38,396 bases of DNA from Catajapyx aquilonaris. Taxonomy: Eukaryota. The stretch spans positions 1 to 38,396 of the forward strand of contig JYFJ02003724.1 in NCBI GenBank assembly GCA_000934665.2, in the 5' to 3' direction. Within the stretch, counting starts at the first letter, position 1; each line of letters opens with the position of its first letter. Below the pieces are notes generated by a model that saw only the letters and a program-made list of their open reading frames with translations, made no database searches and was not told the origin of the DNA. The position numbers and the translations under genes were made by a program. Of this stretch, positions 36,971 through 38,396 are shown in pieces.

Positions 36971-37874
36971 CAGTAGGGCGAATCAGAAAGTAATTGAAAA
37001 CTTTTTTAATTCAGAAGTTTCACTAGAGAACCTGAAACTGAGATATACATATGAAAGGGCAGGTCTTCCTCTAATTTTAGACATAGTCACCATACACTTT
37101 GGTACATGAGCCATATATTCATCAAGGTCACTCGCAATCGACAAAGTCGATTGACGTCAAAATGACGTCGCCAATGCCGACCAGGGCAGGGTGAGGAGAA
37201 TTGGCGACGTCATTTTGACGTCAATCGACTTTGTCGATTGCGNCGAGTGACCTTGATGAGTATATGGCTCTTGTTCCAGCGGGCCACTAGCATTTCCATA
37301 CCCCTGCAGAAAAAAGCGTCAGACTGGGTGGGAAGCCAGTGGGGAATGGCCTATTTCACTTCTTCGATGTCGCTGAAGGTCTGACCTGCCAGGTGCTTCT
37401 TCATTGGTCCAAGGCGATGGTAGACCATGGTTAAAACCATTTCTTTGGACCAAAATAAGAAGCACCTGGCAGGTCAGAAATTCAGCGAGGGTGGGAAGCC
37501 AGTGGGGATGGTCTCTTTCGCTGCCTCGATGTTGCTGAGGTCTTGAGAAGCTAGTGCTTCTTTTTTGGTCCAAAGAGGTGGTTTTACCCATGGTCTATCA
37601 TCTCTTTGGACCAATGAAGAAGCACCTGGCAGGTCAGAACTTCAGCGACATCTAGGAAGTGAAAGAGGCCATCCCCCACTAGCTTCCAACCCAGTCTGAC
37701 GCTTTTTTCTGCAGGGGCATGGAAAAGCTAGTGTCCTGCTGGGACGAATGCACCAAATTGTATGGTGACTATGTCTCAAATTAGAGAAAGACTTGCCCTT
37801 TCATAGGTATATCTCAGTTTCTCTAGTGAAACTTCTGAATTAAAAGTTTTCTATTACTTTCTGATTCGCCCTCG
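36971..37874. mobile_element. Mariner-derived fold-back element composed of inverted transposase 3' ends
   Basis: Termini ta|cagtagggcgaatcagaaagtaat ... attactttctgattcgccctcg|ta. The right arm 37596-37784 translates YHLFGPMKKHLAGQNFSDI*EVKEAIPH*LPTQSDAFFCRGMEKLVSCWDECTKLYGDYVSN* (mariner C-terminus); the left arm is its reverse complement. Confidence 0.93.
37108..37270. mobile_element. 163-bp hairpin element (68-bp arms, 24-nt spacer) inserted in the left arm of the fold-back
   Basis: Arms 37108-37175 and 37200-37270 are near-perfect inverted repeats with GAGCC...GGCTC termini; absent from the homologous right arm; contains an assembly n at 37243. Confidence 0.92.
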
Positions 37875-37886
37875 TACTTGTACATA

Positions 37887-38396
37887 CAGGGTGTTTAAAA
37901 ATATTCCGACAAACTTTTAGGTGACCTCATGCCAGCCAGAGGTTCACTTTTTGATATTTGGACGATTAGGCTTTTAGTAACATACTAGAAAAACCCTCGC
38001 TACGCTCGCATTTTTCTATGGCGCAGGCGTAGAAAACCATTCACTTCGCTCGCTTTTTTCTAGACCTGCAGCCTGCAGTGCCCGCCATATTTTTAATCGC
38101 TTCGGGCTTATAGCCAGTGATGATGCCCATCCCCCAATCATATATATGAGGCATTCCACGTCAAGCGGCACACCTTCCGACAAATCTTTGAGGACCTTGA
38201 CCAAAATTTAGTGACATGTACTACTCATCGACCTATGCAGGAACCCAAATTATTATACCTCTGCGTTGCGTGGTTGCGTAACTACAGGGTGTCAAATGGG
38301 CCAGTTTTTGGACATTTTTGCTACGTTCGCTGTGACTTAGATGGCCATATCTCCTAGTAGGTCAGGTCAAATGTAACATTTGATATGTGCATTCGA
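37887..38396. mobile_element. Probable left part of another Tc1/mariner-type non-autonomous element, running off the window
   Basis: ta|cagggtgtttaaaaatattccgacaaac terminus; ttccgacaaa recurs at ~38175 and tacagggtgt at ~38283. No right TIR in the window. Confidence 0.4.

Noticed and set aside
37241..37245. cg-n-cg extra bases in the hairpin's right arm
   Set aside because: Most likely an assembly gap with a duplicated overlap, not a biological indel.
1..38396. Prokaryotic systems (operons, CRISPR, defence islands)
   Set aside because: No gene-dense coding, no repeat-spacer arrays; microsatellites, SINEs and spliceosomal intron signals indicate an animal nuclear genome.

Overview
This is eukaryotic (animal, probably arthropod) non-coding DNA. 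I see no intact host protein-coding gene, tRNA, rRNA or CRISPR array, and nearly all ORFs in the supplied track are spurious or transposon debris. The window is a layered transposon landscape. (1) The main hidden feature is a heavily decayed two-gene DNA transposon at ~3.86-6.54 kb: an intron-containing SWIM-finger + YqaJ/lambda-exonuclease-like pseudogene (- strand) lies head-to-head with a THAP-like transposase 5' remnant (+ strand), an ISL2EU-like arrangement. (2) Tc1/mariner relics of many ages are present, including an internally deleted 733-bp element with ~120-bp TIRs. (3) A ~900-bp fold-back element built only from mariner 3' ends carries a nested 163-bp hairpin element inserted with no target-site duplication. 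(4) Two elements have AWWT target duplications (Sola1-like). (5) There are pogo/Tigger-like and unclassified MITEs. (6) Two copies of a tRNA-derived SINE and one V-domain-like SINE are present. (7) Two near-perfect palindromes with 1-nt loops and several microsatellites occur. Family assignments come from manual translation and remembered consensus motifs, not from database searches.
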